Positions 38,975 through 52,540 of a stretch of DNA of 64,000 nt are shown here, piece by piece (position 1 is the first letter of the stretch; every line of letters starts with the position of its first letter). Both the position numbers and the translations under genes were made by a program. Source of the stretch: the human T2T-CHM13v2.0 reference genome, Homo sapiens. The stretch lies in the NCBI RefSeq assembly GCF_009914755.1, contig NC_060942.1; one strand, 5' to 3'. The notes under the pieces were generated by a model that worked only from the letters and a program-made list of their open reading frames with translations, made no database searches and had not been told where the DNA came from.

Positions 38975-39427
38975 GAGAGGTTCAAGATGGCTGCCTAGAG
39001 GCACCTGGCTGTCCCTCCTCCACAATAAAAGGACCAAAAGCACAAGTAGATAAATACACATTGATTGGAGCATCTAAGAGAGAACACCTTAATTCAGCAG
39101 GGAAGTGGCCAGGAACCTCTGAGGCACTGAAGGAGAAGCTGGCCAGGGATCAGCTTGGAGCCGAGAGGAACTCCCCATCGCAAGAAAACAGATAAGCAAG
39201 AGAACCCAGAGGCCCACACTCCCACCATGAAATCCTGTACTCCTAGCCAACTTTACTGTATATTTCAAAATGAATAAGAGAAGATTTGAAATGTTCCCAA
39301 CATAATACTCAATGGTAGATACACTGAATACTCTGATTTGATCATTATACATTGTAGACATGTATCAAAATATCACATATACCCCATAAATATGTACAAT
39401 TATTACATATCAATAAAAAAGAAAAAA
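38975..39427 (+). mobile_element. Internally deleted L1: 5' end (~280 bp) fused to L1MA-type 3' end (~175 bp)
   Basis: Starts gagaggttcaagatggctgcctagaggc (L1 5' terminus). At ~39253 switches to ttactgtatatttcaaaat...tgatttgatcattatacattgta...accccataaatatgtacaattatt...aataaaaaa. Confidence 0.75.
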
Positions 39428-40579
39428 GCATACAAATTATGTCCTAAAACATCTAAAAATCAATGTTCCTTGAAAGTATTTTGCAACAGGTGAGTTAATA
39501 CATATAGTAATGTGTTTTATGTGCAAACTACTTCTGTTCTTCCTTAGACTGTGGTATTGAAAGGAATGCATTTGCCGGATCAATAATTGCATCACATACA
39601 CTAGAGGCTGTGGTGTTTTGTCCTAGTAAAGACAATATAGTTCACAGAACATCTACCATTGACTCCTCCACTTGGCTATGTTTGCAGTAGTCCACTATTC
39701 TCTATGATGATCACTCTGGTTTTTTGCAGAGTCATATTGGTTGATTAAATGGTGACATAATGGGAAACACTACCTCATTTTTTAAATTTTTGAGGGCTGC
39801 ACCAACCTCTGCCACTCTTCAAGGGAAAATGTACTGCTTCAGACTTTCCATTTTTGTATAGTTGAAGCAAAACCATTTCTAGGGTTTTCATTGTTCTTAC
39901 CTTCTGTAGTTTTTACTGTGCACAATGACAATAATAACAAAATGTGCAGACTGTGTCAATTGCTAATCATTTCAACCTGAATATCTTTCTGAGAATTATG
40001 AAATAGCATAGGATCTGATGAATTTGCAACCCAGTCCACTGTGAATTGAATTTAATCTAAGATTCCATCCATCACCTGATTTGGATTTACTTTTACCCTA
40101 ACAGGGAAGCTATAATGGTGCTTTAGATCTCTTGGGTATTACAATTAATTCAGTTTGCAGGTCCTTGGATCGTTGGCCATAGACCTAGGAGAATCACATT
40201 TTTGTACATTTGCTAAGGCATCTCAGATAATTTCTTCAGGGGGACCCAGATTCAACCTATATAACTTCCACAAAGATGTGTTATGGGTCTTCAAATGGGC
40301 TCAGGTTTTGACACAGGACAGAGATTATTTTATTTCATTGGTGGCTGACCTTGCTCCTCCGTTAATGTATCTTTTGGTTATCTTTATCCATTTCCAAATC
40401 TATATCTGTAAATACTCACATCTGCATAAATATGCATATAAATGTGATCCGGCCACATATGCAGCTTTTAATCCTCATATGTTTTAAATATATACTATTA
40501 TTATTAAAAAACACTTTACACTTTTTAAATGCTATATTAAAAATATACTCCCATTACAGAGCCAAACTGTACCAATTGA

Positions 40580-40812
40580 ACATATGGGTTAACGTGCTGA
40601 ATCTGAAGGGAGATACCCTGCATTTGAACATGGCTCTGCTACTTACTAGACTGGGCAAGTCACTTACTACCTATGTCATCTAGTTTCCTTAGCAGGAAAA
40701 AAAAAAGCATTAATAATAATATATAGTTCATAGGATTAATATATTAGCAAGTTCATAAATGAAAAACATTTAAAGTAATGCCCATAACACTGAATGCTGT
40801 AAGATTTAGCTA
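40580..40812 (+). mobile_element. MIR
   Basis: ggctctgctacttactagactgggcaagtcactta...tctagtttcctt...ataataatatatagttcatagg. Confidence 0.75.
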
Positions 40813-41240
40813 ATTCCATTTATTTTGGGATTTTAATAATCTACTCTTATTCATCACTACATAGTGAACACAATTACTCAAAAATAATTGTTGAAATACC
40901 TGATTCCTTCTTTAGGATACACTTATAAAGGTCATTCCTACCTATTCTACCTTAAAAAAATAGATTCCATTAAAATATTTCTTTAGGCCTAAATGAGGTT
41001 ATTTATACTAGGAACTATTAAAGTATTATTACAAATAAATATGCTTTCAGAGCTGATAGGCCCACCTCAAGTTCTCTCTTACTTTACATGAGTTTACTTA
41101 AAACAGACAATCATTTTATAGAGGAGAAATTTTGACTATCAAAATATGTATTAAGTATTTCATTTTCAATTTTTTAAATGCGGGTATACTCTCACAATTT
41201 GAAAGGTGAATCAACCTACTGAACATATGTATGAAAACAT

Positions 41241-41257
41241 TTCTGTCTCTGTCTCTT

Positions 41258-41312
<55 letters not shown>

Positions 41313-41327
41313 TACACACACACACAC
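41241..41327. repeat. Compound (TC)n(CA)n microsatellite
   Basis: TC tract followed by a CA tract. Confidence 0.95.
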
Positions 41328-42324
41328 TCCTAATGCTTAGTTGCATTTCCAAAGTATCAAACCAGGTTTTCATATGATTTCAATCAAGGAACATTCAAAT
41401 ATTCTGTACTCAAATGAAAACACCACCTGCTAATTTAAAAATTGAGACTGATAAATGCCAGCACAGGCTATTCTGAGTTTTATTTTCATAGGCTTTCTAA
41501 AAGTAAGCTTAGAATTTCTAAAACGTGTAACGTTAAATTTGCTTGATTTGAATTTAATCATGTTTATTGTGAGAATTATACATACACATGTATATATATT
41601 TCCATGGGTTTATACACTTAAAAAATTCAAACTTTGAGCTGTCTCACAAGTAAAAAGTAAAGTACTCAAAAAATGCCAATGAAATATTAAAGTATAGATT
41701 AAATCAACTATTACACTTAAATAAAATGTAAGTTATAAGAATGGAATAAAAATACAGAGAATAAATACTATTGAAAATGAAGAGGAGAGCAAAACATTAT
41801 AGGGCTGAAGATATAGATTAATCAATATACTGTAAGCCATGTGCAAAAAGACAGTAAAACAAGCAAAAAAAAAAAAACAGTTTAACAACTTTGAGTATTA
41901 TAATAAATCTAGATTCTACACTTTGTTTTTCCTCACTCTTTATGTTAAGAGACCGAATACTACTTCAGGTTGTCTGAAATATAATACACTGACTTAGGAC
42001 ATCTACATGGACTATTACGTTGGCAAATATTCCTAGCAAAAATTGGGGAAACATGGTTGATATGCAATCATTTTCTATGAAGCTTATATTCAAAAGTAGA
42101 TAATTTATTATATATGTGACAGAATCTGCTTTTCAATTCTAAAACACATAATTTCAGTTGAGAAAAATTTAGTTCTCCCCAGAATTTGATTGTTGGATTC
42201 TATAATCTTGAAATTAAAGGTAAATAATATACAAATAAATTAAAATATGTTAATGTTGTATTAGCAACTATTTTCAACTATTATCAATATGTGAATTTTG
42301 ATATGCTGCACGCAGCCAGTTGTC

Positions 42325-42356
42325 TTTTTTTGTTGTTGTTTTTTTTGAGACGGAGT
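42325..42356 (-). mobile_element. Extremely 5'-truncated Alu (10 nt plus tail) with 15-bp TSD
   Basis: agccagttgtctttt (42314-42328) ... T-rich tail ... gagacggagt ... agccagttgtctttt (42357-42371); minus-strand target reads TT/AAAA. Confidence 0.85.
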
Positions 42357-43911
42357 AGCCAGTTGTCTTTTAAGACTGTGTTTACCCTCAATAACACATC
42401 CATACTTTGCTAATGCTTGACTCTGGACTCTCACATCAGGAAAACCACAGTGTTCCTGTCGCCATCCACCCATTTCCTCCACTTCCAACATGGGGCTCTG
42501 ACAAAGTTACAGCAAGAAACATTTTTGCCAAGATGCTTGTGCATTCTTAAGTTCTGGTAAAAGGAACAGATATTAAAAGCTTTTATAATTCAAGTAGTTA
42601 TTTTGTACCTTCTCCTATTTAGTATTCTCATTTAAGAGATTTTCCGTTTGAAAGTCAAAAGTTGAAACAAGAGTGAACTGAGGCATGAGAACAAGCTTCA
42701 GATGGACATCAGAGGTCTTCTTCAAGTCTAAACAAAAGTGGTTCAGGAGAGCCAAGAAAAACCCATCCACGATCACACGAGTGGACTGCGTAAGGACTAG
42801 AGTGAAAGCACAAACAGTGAAAAAAAAAAAAAAGAATTTTAAAATAGTGTGTCCTCTATTTATATTTCCTTCAGGACACTACCTGAGGTAGGAGAGGCCT
42901 CAATAAGTAGCAGGATAAGATTTAAGGATTTGGAGGTCATTATTCTGCAGAGAACTGGCTCATTTGGCGCCTACTCTATTCAGAGTGCAGAATTAGATAC
43001 TGTTTTCTTGACAGATTTCACACACTGACCTTCATGACCTTCAAGGCAACAAGCACATTCCTAACAGTATTCTTAATGGATATATAAAAATGGATTGAGA
43101 AATACATTTATGGAGAATATAGGTTTTGATAATGTTGCAAAATTTATATTATAAAATTTCCTGTGTAGAGTTTGCTTTTGTTATTCATGCATATATTTGG
43201 TATTGTGTTTCTGAAAGAACTATATATTTATAATTTACATTTCAAATATCCAACCAAAGTTTTTTCTTCATCACTTACAACTGCCACAGAGACTACCGAA
43301 TATATCACAATTCTAGGAAGAAGTAAGGCACTTTAAGTACCTAATTATTATGTTAGCAAACAACGGGAAAGGAAGCAAAAGGGGAGAAAATTTTTAGAAA
43401 AGGGGCCTCAACTTCACAATGCAGCTCTGTAGTATTTCTATTGCTACTGAATTGTCGCTGCTAACATGTAGAGGGAAAATAGATAAAGGCACTTTATTGC
43501 TTTTTGAAACTTGGAAAGGAAAAAAAAATCAGTATCTTAAGTAAAGATTTCAATTCCTGACCTCACTAGCCTAGTCTGCAATGGAACAAAAGTCATTAAT
43601 TTTTACCCTCAAGTAAATGAGAATTCAGAATTTTAGCTCTGCATGCAAAAGCTCAATAAAATGGGCCATGGCAGTAGAGTAGAACCACTACATATGCAAA
43701 ATCAGGGCACATTAGAAATGGATTTCATTTCACAATGTCATATAAGTCACTGTAATAGGAAACTACCATGTTTTTTCCTTTACGAAATCACGTTTTAAGC
43801 ATTCTATGCTGAACTTTAGAAAAAGTTTTTGTTACATAAGCTATTTGGCATTTGAGAATTTGGATTTTTTTTTCCTGCCTTCCAAATAAATTTCTTTACC
43901 TCTGATGAACA

Positions 43912-44233
43912 TTCTTTTTATTTATTTATTTTATTTTATTTTATTTTTTTTTTTTGAGACAGAGCTTTGCTCTTGTTGTCCAGGCTGGTGCAATGGTGCG
44001 ATCTCGGCTCACAGCAACCCTGCCTCCTGTGTTCAAGCGATTCTCCTGCCTCAGCTTCCTGAGTAGCTGGGATTACAGGCATGCGCCACCACGCCCAGCT
44101 AATTTTGTATTTTTAGTAAAGGTGGTGTCTCTCCATGTTGGTCAGGCTGGTCTCGACTCCTGACCTCAGGTGATCCGCCCGCCTCAGCCTCCCAAAATGC
44201 TGGGATTACATACGTGAGCCACTGCACCCAGCC
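43912..44233 (-). mobile_element. Alu (AluSq/Sp-like)
   Basis: (TTTA)n tail, gagacagagctttgctcttgttgtccagg; TSD tgatgaac(a)ttctt on both sides. Confidence 0.95.
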
Positions 44234-44256
44234 TGATGAACTTCTTAATACCTATT

Positions 44257-44673
44257 TGTGTTAGTCCAGTTTGCATTGCTATAAAGGAATACCTGAGACT
44301 GGGTAATTTATAAAGAAAAGAGATTTATTTGGTTAATCATTCTGCAGGCTGTGCAAATGTGCCTCCAACATTTGTTTGGCTTCTGGTGAGGCCTTAGGAA
44401 GCTTTTACTCATGGCGGGAGGTTAAGGGGGAGCAGATGTGTCACATGGTGAGAGAGAGTAAGAGGGAGAGGAGAGGGTGCCAGGCTCCTTTTAACAGCCG
44501 GCTCTTGAGTGAACTAATATAGTGAGAAGTCACTCATCACCAGGAGGATGGCACCAAGCCACTCATGAGGGATCCACCTTCATGACCACAACACCTCCCA
44601 GTAGGCCCCACATCCAACAATGAAGATCACATTTCAACATGAGATTGGAGGGACAGATGTCCAAAACATACCA
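44257..44673 (-). mobile_element. MSTB-like solo LTR
   Basis: tgtgttagtcc...ttgcattgctataaaggaatacctgagactgggtaatttataaagaaaagag...tttcaacatgagatt; perfect 5-bp TSD ctatt. Confidence 0.92.
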
Positions 44674-46129
44674 CTATTGCAGACTCTTTAAGTACACACT
44701 TGTCAGTAAATCACAAGTGAGTGGTCAGTATCCTAACAATGACAAGCTATTCATATTTTTTCTTTCTGTTTTCGAGTTAATATGCTTCCATATGTGTGCA
44801 CTCTCTCTCTCAAACCTGACATCCACAATTAGTCAATTAAATATTTTCTTAGTAGGAAAAAATTATATTCTTATGAGATATTCCAGCATCTGCCATCGCA
44901 ATACCTGTCATGAGTAATTTCTTCTTCTATAATCGTACTCCTCTGGCACAGTCTGAACTCCAGAATGCTGTGAAAATGACCTGACTCTCCAAACCTGACA
45001 GTCCGTTCTACGATTCTTTAGAATTTCTTTTGCTGCTGTGTTCAGAATCTGTCTATTTTAAATTAAAATAGCATTTTCTGTTTTATGCTGAGAGCTGTGA
45101 GGTAACTGGGCCCCTTAAAAGGAATCTGGTTTATTCCAGAATATTCTAAAGATACTTGGCAATATCAGTGGCTGCTTGCATTCCACGCCCAGCTCAAGGA
45201 AATGCTGAATGGGAAAGACTGCTACCCCTTGAACAATGGTGTTCAGTCACAGATGTTGAGGTCTTTGTCACCAGTCGTGTATGGAGTTACAAGGCAAGGG
45301 AACCAGGTATGTGAGTCTCACTTTCTATTTCTGGGCCTAATTTACCTGAAGTCCCCTGGAAGAACACTATCCAATCTCTCACTTCTTAGTATGTATTCAC
45401 ATTTTACCCTACAACTTAATGCATTTTGTAAACTTTAGCAACAATACACTCAATTTTACTAGGCTGATATGAGAAAAACATTATTCATAGATTTATAGCA
45501 CATATCTGTAGTCACAAGAATTCTGACAAACAAAATCCAACTATGGTAAAAGTATAACAGATGTGATCATGGTGACTTTACTTGAATAATCCAGATTTGA
45601 AGACTATTTTTAAAATTTCTACCATCAAACTAACGATTTAATGTTATTTTCAGTAATTTTGAACAATACCCAAGGAACATCCAAACATATATATATCAAT
45701 ACAATACTATCTTCTCCAAATATTAGTTTCTTAATAATATTCCTAATACACAACTCTCTTCAAGATGTTTTTATAGGAGAATAGTCATAATGTCTTAAAC
45801 TTCAGAAAAAAATAACTTTCCACTGTCTTCTCTAGATTTCAGTTTTATAATTTCTTACTTACTGTTTTTATTTACTATTCTTATTTTGCTTTACTAATTT
45901 AGTCACTTACTGTCATATTCTTTTAAATTACTTTTTCTCATAAAGCTTCCAAGTTCTCTCATTCAGTAATCTGGAAAACCAGAAACCCACATGCACAATA
46001 AATATTATTCACTCTCACAACCCATTGCAAAAACAATACAGTCTAACATTGATGATTTAATTTAACTTTTATTCAATAAAAAAATGACAGCTAATTTTTC
46101 TCTTTTAGGTGAGGTAGAGCACTGAGAGG

Positions 46130-46960
46130 AATGGCATAGATTTAAATATAACATTCATCATGTACAAAGATCTTAAGTGCAGATTAATTTACAAGAGGAA
46201 CACATCCACGTAACTACACCCAGATCAAGATACAGAGCACTAAAATCTTCCAGATACCTCTCACTCTGACATCTCCTAGTTAAAATAAAACATGCCTACT
46301 AAGTTACTCAGTATTTTTACTTCTATCAGTGCTGATTAATTTTGCTAGTTTTTGAAATTTATATAAATAGGGCCAAAGTATATACTTTTACGTGTCTGAC
46401 TTATTTCATTCCACATGATATCTATGATATTTATCCATGCTGTTGTGTGTACCTGGAGTGCAATTGTTTTCATTACTTTTTAGTATTCTATTGCTGAATA
46501 CCCAACGTATGTATACATTCTACTGGGATTAACATTTGGTGGGTTTCCTGTTTTAGTTATTAGAAATAATGCTGCTGTGAACATTCTTATTTATTCCTTT
46601 TGGTGCCATGCTGTATAGACATATGCATACTGAGGATACACATAGGTGTGAAATTAGGCAGTCAGAGTCTATTCTTGTCTTCAACTTAGTCCCTACTATA
46701 AAGTTTATACAATAAACAATTTCTAAAGTGGTTATAGAAAATTATAATCCTGCAAAAGGATGTAATTTGAAATTTCTTCACATTACCATCAACCTTTGAT
46801 ATTAAAATTTGTTTTGGTGTTGAATAGTAATTTAAATTTAAATTTGCATTTCCCTGATGATTAAATGAGTTAAGGATGGTTACATATGCTTATTAGCCAC
46901 TTGTATATCCTGCATTGCAAAGTGCCCTCTAAGACTGTTCATTTTTATGATGAGAACACA
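46130..46960 (-). mobile_element. Old L1M (MC/ME) 3' region
   Basis: gtaactacacccagatcaagatacagagcac...gctgctgtgaacattctt...tttgcatttccctgatgatt. Confidence 0.7.
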
Positions 46961-47047
46961 TATTGGTGTCTAGAACATATTCTTGGATTTACTTTTGTCT
47001 GTGGTGGGAGATAGGTTTCAGATTTTATGATTTTCTGTTTGGATATT

Positions 47048-47470
47048 GTGGTGGACCCTGTGATGCACTACTAGAGTCCCCTTAAGGCCGTGAAAAATTT
47101 AGTTCATCAGCTACTAAAAGTGTTGCCTAAAGAAGACCTTTGTTGCCAGCCACTTAGAAGATCCTGTCAGCTGTAAAAATGGCTTTCTCCAACGTCGTGC
47201 TATTCTGTCTCCCTCCCTCGCTCCTCCCCTCCCTCCTTCCTCCCTCCTTCCCTTTGATTTCCTTCCTTCCTTCTTCCTTCCTGCCTGCCTTCCTTCCTTC
47301 CTTCCAATAACCCATCAACACTGAGATATAAAAGTATGATTCCTTATCCAAAATTCTGGGTGATTCTGTAAAGCCATCCTGTGGGGTTGGGTGAGTCCTT
47401 CACTGGAATCGTATTGTGGTTAAGCTTTTCTGTGTGTTCAATCATGCTTTCTTCCTCTCCCTTTCACAAA
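47048..47470 (+). mobile_element. LTR16A-like ERVL LTR with internal (CCTT)n tract (~47205-47305)
   Basis: tgtggtggaccctgtgatgc...cccctt...cagctact...agtgttg...tataaaa...gccatcc...gtggggttgg follows the LTR16A layout. Confidence 0.65.
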
Positions 47471-48781
47471 GTAATCATGAGGTATATTGTATTAGCAAAA
47501 ATACTTCGTAGCATCTTTTTTTTATTTCTAAATTTCTTTAAGGTGTATACTGACGCATTTATTTAATTCCTAATATTGGTAACATTTAACTTCTAATTTG
47601 CTTTTATAATTGATACATTTGCTTAAATGAGAGATATGTCTGCTTTCTTCATCTTTTCCAAGATTGAACTTTTTGTTTAATCAAAATTTCTCTCAATATA
47701 CACCTATTTAAGAATTTCTACTGTTTAATGTTTTCTTTTTCTTTGCAGTTTTTTTCCAGCATCTTGAAATTGATAATTATATTATTTACTCTTTAGCATT
47801 TCTTCTGTTATTTATGTGCATTTTATACCATAAAATTGCTTTAGTTTAATCACAGAAATATTATGCTGTATTTTTATTATAATTCACTTATTTTTTTTTC
47901 TAATTTTATTTGTAACTTTTACTTCTAACCATGAGTCATTTGGAAACATGTTGAAATTTAGAAAGATTTGTTCATATTAGCCATTCTTTTTTTAATTAAA
48001 TTATAGCTTAGTTTGTAAACATTTGGGGGTTTATAGTTATTTTATTTATTAATTTATAGTATTTATTATTTTATTTATTTATATTTTATTTATAGTTATT
48101 TTATTTATTAGTTACAAAATAATAAAATGTCATAAAAACATTTTATGTAATATGACAACTATATGAATCACGTTGTTTAAATCTTTATACTCTTATTGAT
48201 TGTTTCCTCTTTATCCATCAAATCCTGAGACGTGTCAAAAGCTCCACTATGATTTTTGGATTTGGCTATTGTCTTAGTACTTTTCTGCCTTTCAATTTAG
48301 ATACTCATAAGAATTGTACATATTTGTGGAATACAGAGTGATATTTTGATATGTGTATACAATGTGTAATGATCAAATAAGGGTAATTAGCATATGCATA
48401 ACCTCAAACATTTATCATTCTTTGTGTTGCCAACATTTGAAGTCCTCTTTTCCAGCTTTTTGAAAATATGTAATAAATTAGAGCTAACCATATTCACTCT
48501 GCAGTGCTACACAGCACCGGAACTCATTGCCCCTCTCTGTCTATGGTATTGTGTACCTTAACAAAACTCTTCCCCATCCTCTCCTCTCCTCTACCCTTCC
48601 CAGGCTCTAAAAACACTATTTACTTTCCATGAACTCAAATTTTTGGCTTTGGCATATGAGTGAGAATGTGCAAAGTTTGTCTTTCTGGGCCAGACTCAGT
48701 TTGTTTAACATAATGTCCTACAGGCTCATCCATGTTGCCATGAATAGCAACAGTTCATTCTTTCTTAGGTTGAAGAGTATT

Positions 48782-48783
<2 letters not shown>

Positions 48784-48823
<40 letters not shown>

Positions 48824-48945
48824 CTGTATATATATGTGTGTGTATATATATATATATATAAGGTATATATGTATAACGTGTATATATATTATATATACAT
48901 TAGAATACTATGGATGTATATATAAGAAATATATATTATATAAAT
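48784..48945. repeat. (TG)n/(TA)n compound microsatellite
   Basis: About 18 TG units followed by degenerate TA repeats. Confidence 0.93.
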
Positions 48946-49207
48946 AATCTCCTTTGTCTGTTGATGGAAGTTTAGGTTGATTCCTCTTTTTAGTTATTGT
49001 GAGTAGTGCTGCAGTAAACATGGGTAGAAGTATCCCTTTGGTATACTGATTTCTTTCCTTTGGATAAATAATCAGTAGTGGGTGTTGTACAGTAGTTATA
49101 TTTTTAGTTTTTTGAGAAACATCCATGCTATTTTTCATAATGGCCATACTAATTTACATTCTGACCAACAGCGTAAGAGTTCCTTTGGTTTGAATACTTG
49201 CCAACAC

Positions 49208-49803
49208 TGGGGCTCAGAAACTGATGCCTCAAAATATGGTACTTTGCTATCTTGAACTGAAGAAGCCACAAAGTCTCTTTGACCTTCTCCCTCAACGTGT
49301 ATGTTTCAGTCCTCTCTCTCCCAACATAAGAAGACGTTAATCTTTGAAGTTCTCTTATCTGTATTAAGTCTGCACCCCGCAAAGAAGAAAACAACTATCT
49401 CTAATCTCTTCCCTGAGTTTTCACTAACTGAACTCATATTGCAGGAAAAAGATTGAAGTCCGTTGAGGCACATCAATGGATTTTTTCACAAAGTGTTGTC
49501 TGCACTGAGGATCCAACAAAATTTGTCCGAAGCCATCCTGTGTTCTTCAAGTTCATTGAACTTCCCTAGAAATCATTTACTACCTCTCTAAAATCATCCA
49601 CATTTTCTTATCTCCCTTTCTCCTGAGAATTAAGATAGATAAACATCTTTAATCCATTGGGATTTGTGGTAATCACTTTTTGGTTTTCCTCCATGCAAGC
49701 TAATAAATTTGTGAGTTATTTCTCCTATTAATCTCCTTTTAGTGAGTTGATTATTAAGTGAAACTTCTGAGAGTGAAGGCGGAGTTTTCCCTTAGTCCCT
49801 AAA
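49208..49803 (+). mobile_element. MER34/MER39-family ERV1 solo LTR
   Basis: tggggctcagaaactgatgcctcaaaatatgg...gaactgaagaagcc...taataaatttg...tctcctattaatct...ttttccctt; nested inside the L1MA. Confidence 0.75.
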
Positions 49804-52414
49804 ACATCATTTGTAATATTTTGGTTTTTCGATAATAGCCAGTCTAATTGAAGTGAGATGATACCTCATTGAGGTTTTGATTTGCATTTTCTTTACCCTT
49901 AGTGATGCTGAGCATGTTTCATATAGCTGTTAGCCTTTTGTATGTCTTCTTTTGAAAAATATCTATTCCGATCCTTTGCCTCCTTTTAAATGAGATTGTC
50001 TTTTGCATGTTCAGTTTGCAAATATTTTCTCTCCTCCTACAGATTGTCCCTTCACTTTCTTGATTGTTTATTTTGCTGTGCATAAGCTTTTTACTTTAAC
50101 TTAGACCCATTTGTCTATTTTATTATTGTTGGCTGTGCTTTTGAATTCATAAAATCTTTGCCTAGAGTGATGTCCTGAAGCATTCATTGTCTTCAAGTTT
50201 TCCTCTAGTAGTTTTATAGTTTCAGGTCTTATGGTTAAGTCTTTAACCTATTTGGAGTTGATTAGTGTATGTGGTGACAGACAGGGTCTAGTTTCATTTA
50301 TCTCCATATGAATATTTAGTTTTACCAACACCATTTATTGAAGGAGTTGGCCTTTCCCTAATGTATGTTCTTGGTATTTTTGTTGAAAGTCAGTTGACTG
50401 TAAATACATTGATTTATTTCTTAGTTCTCTATTCTTTTCCATTGGTTTATGTGTCTATTTTTTATACCAGGACTATGCTAATTTGGTTACTATAGTTTTG
50501 TAATATAGTTTAAAGTGAGATAGTGTGACACCACCAACTTTGTTCTTTTTAGTTCAACGTTGCTTTGGCTATTTGGATTCTATATGAATTTTAAGATAGT
50601 TTTAAGACTTTTTTCTATTTCTGTGAAAAATATCATTGCTATTTTTATAGGCCTTGAATTTAATCTGTAGATTTCTATAGGTTGTATATTCACTTTCAAA
50701 ATATTAATTTTTCTAATCCAGGAGCATGAGATGTCTTTTCATTTGTTTGTGTCCTCTTCAAGTTCTGTCATCATTATTTCATCGTTTTCATTGCAAAGCC
50801 TTTTTACTTACTTGGTTAAACTTATTCCTAGGTATGTTTTTATAGCTACTGTAAATTAGATTACTTTCTTTTTTGACTACTTTGTTATTGGGGTATAGAA
50901 TTGCCACTGATTTTTGTAAGTTAGTTTTTTATCCTGCAAGTTTATTGAATCTGTTTATAAGTTCTAGGAGTTTTTTTTTTTTTTTTTTTTCCCCTGGTGT
51001 CTTTAGGTTTTACTATACTCAAGATCATGTTGTCTGCAAAGAGGGACAGTTTGATATTCTTTTTTGCATTATAGGTTCACTTTATTTCTTTCTCTTGCCT
51101 TATTGCTCTGGCTAAGATTTCCAGTACTATGCTTTAAAAGAGTGGTAAAAGTGGACATCATTGTCTTACTTCATTTGTTAGAGGAAAGACCTTCGGCTCT
51201 TTCCTATTCAGTATTTATTACTGATTTAATCTCATTGCTCATTATTGGTCTGTTCAGGTTTTATATTTCTTCCTAGTTCAGACTTGGTAGATTATGTGAA
51301 TCCAGAAATTATCCATTTCCTCTACATTTTCCAGTGTGCTGACATATAGTAGTTCATAGCAGTCTCTAATGATTCTTTGAATTTTTGTAGTATCAGTTGT
51401 AACGCCTCCTTTTTGCTTCTGATTTTATTTTTGAGGGTCTTCTCCTTTTCATTCTTTATTAGCTAGTGGTTTATCAATTTAGTTTATTCTTTCAAAAAGC
51501 CATCTTTTTTTATAGATCCTTTGCATTGTTTTTAAGTCTCTATTTTGTATATTTCTATTCTGATGTTTATTATTTATTCCTTCTACTAATCTGGGTTTTG
51601 GTTTGTTCATGCTTTACTAGGTACTTGAGGTGTATTGTTAGGTTGTTTATTTGAAATCTTTCTACTTTTTTTATGTTGGTTTTTATTGCTATAGAATTCC
51701 TCCTTAGCAGTGCTATTGCCACAGCTCATGAATTTGGGTACATTGTGTTTCCATTTTCATTTGTTTCAAGAATTTTTTATTCTTGAAGGTTTGGTACAGA
51801 TGCTAGATATTTCTAGTTATTTTGTTATCGATATTTTAAACCTGTCTTATTATGGTCTTTTTGTCTTTCTTCACTAATTTTTGAAAAGTTGCCTATTAGT
51901 CTAATTAATATAGTTAAAATATAATGCATCCCTTTTTACTCACTAGTAAAAGATTTTTAAAAATTATTTTTAACATTGTTCTGATGAAATATTTCTCACA
52001 TTTGGAGCCAAAGAGATTCTTCAATTTGCACATATTTGATTTTGCCTGCTTTGAAAATTTCAGCTAGTATTAGAGTAAATATTATTTTTTCTTTATTCTC
52101 TCTCTCCACTCTTTCAGAGACTCCAATGGAATGTGTTAACAGTTTTCTTATTTCTTATGAGATTTTTACACTCTTTTCTGTTTTTATGCCTATATCTTTT
52201 ATATTTCTGCATCAATGAAAACTTCTCTTTTTACTATAAATTCTAGATGGCCGCGATCTTTTAACTTTTCTGCTGTGCAGCTCAAGTTGAAAGTGACTCA
52301 AAAGTAAAAAGCTACAGTGACTGTAAATCTCACCTCAATCAATTTCGCTTCTTTTTATGGTTTTGGCACCTGAAGTGGTTGATATCTTGGTTACTCTGCA
52401 ATGTACTGAATAGC

Positions 52415-52540
52415 TGTGCTTCCCTCAGGTTTATACAATGAAACTGTAATCCCCAATGTGATAATTTGTGGGGAAGGGCTTTTGTGAAATAATTAGGTCA
52501 TGAAAGTAGAGCCCTCATCAATAATATCAGTGTCCTGATA
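52415..52540 (+). mobile_element. MST/MLT1A-type LTR fragment
   Basis: gaaactgtaatccccaatgtgata...aattaggtcatgaaagtagagccctcat. Confidence 0.6.

Larger units (their letters stand above)
36500..40160 (-). mobile_element. ERVL-class internal sequence, first pol copy (protease, RT, connection, integrase core, dUTPase region), interrupted by later insertions
   Basis: Minus-strand translation: *RIVDYCK (~39690), AIIDPANAFLSIP (~39570), EPLMSWMPPGPPTHKFGQA*Q (~38180), PMAS*GSSYDQRTERKKT (~37380), QQFILMETDNYS (~37285), HGIYW..HHPVAAG (~37085). Order is colinear with HERV-L-type pol followed by dUTPase. Confidence 0.85.
48292..51790 (-). mobile_element. L1MA-type element (3' UTR and ORF2, internally deleted, interrupted by an LTR and a microsatellite)
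   Basis: aattgtacatattt...acaatgtgtaatgatcaaat...ggtaattagcata is the 3' UTR; antisense ORF2 sequence continues to ccattttcatttgtttcaagaa. Confidence 0.9.
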
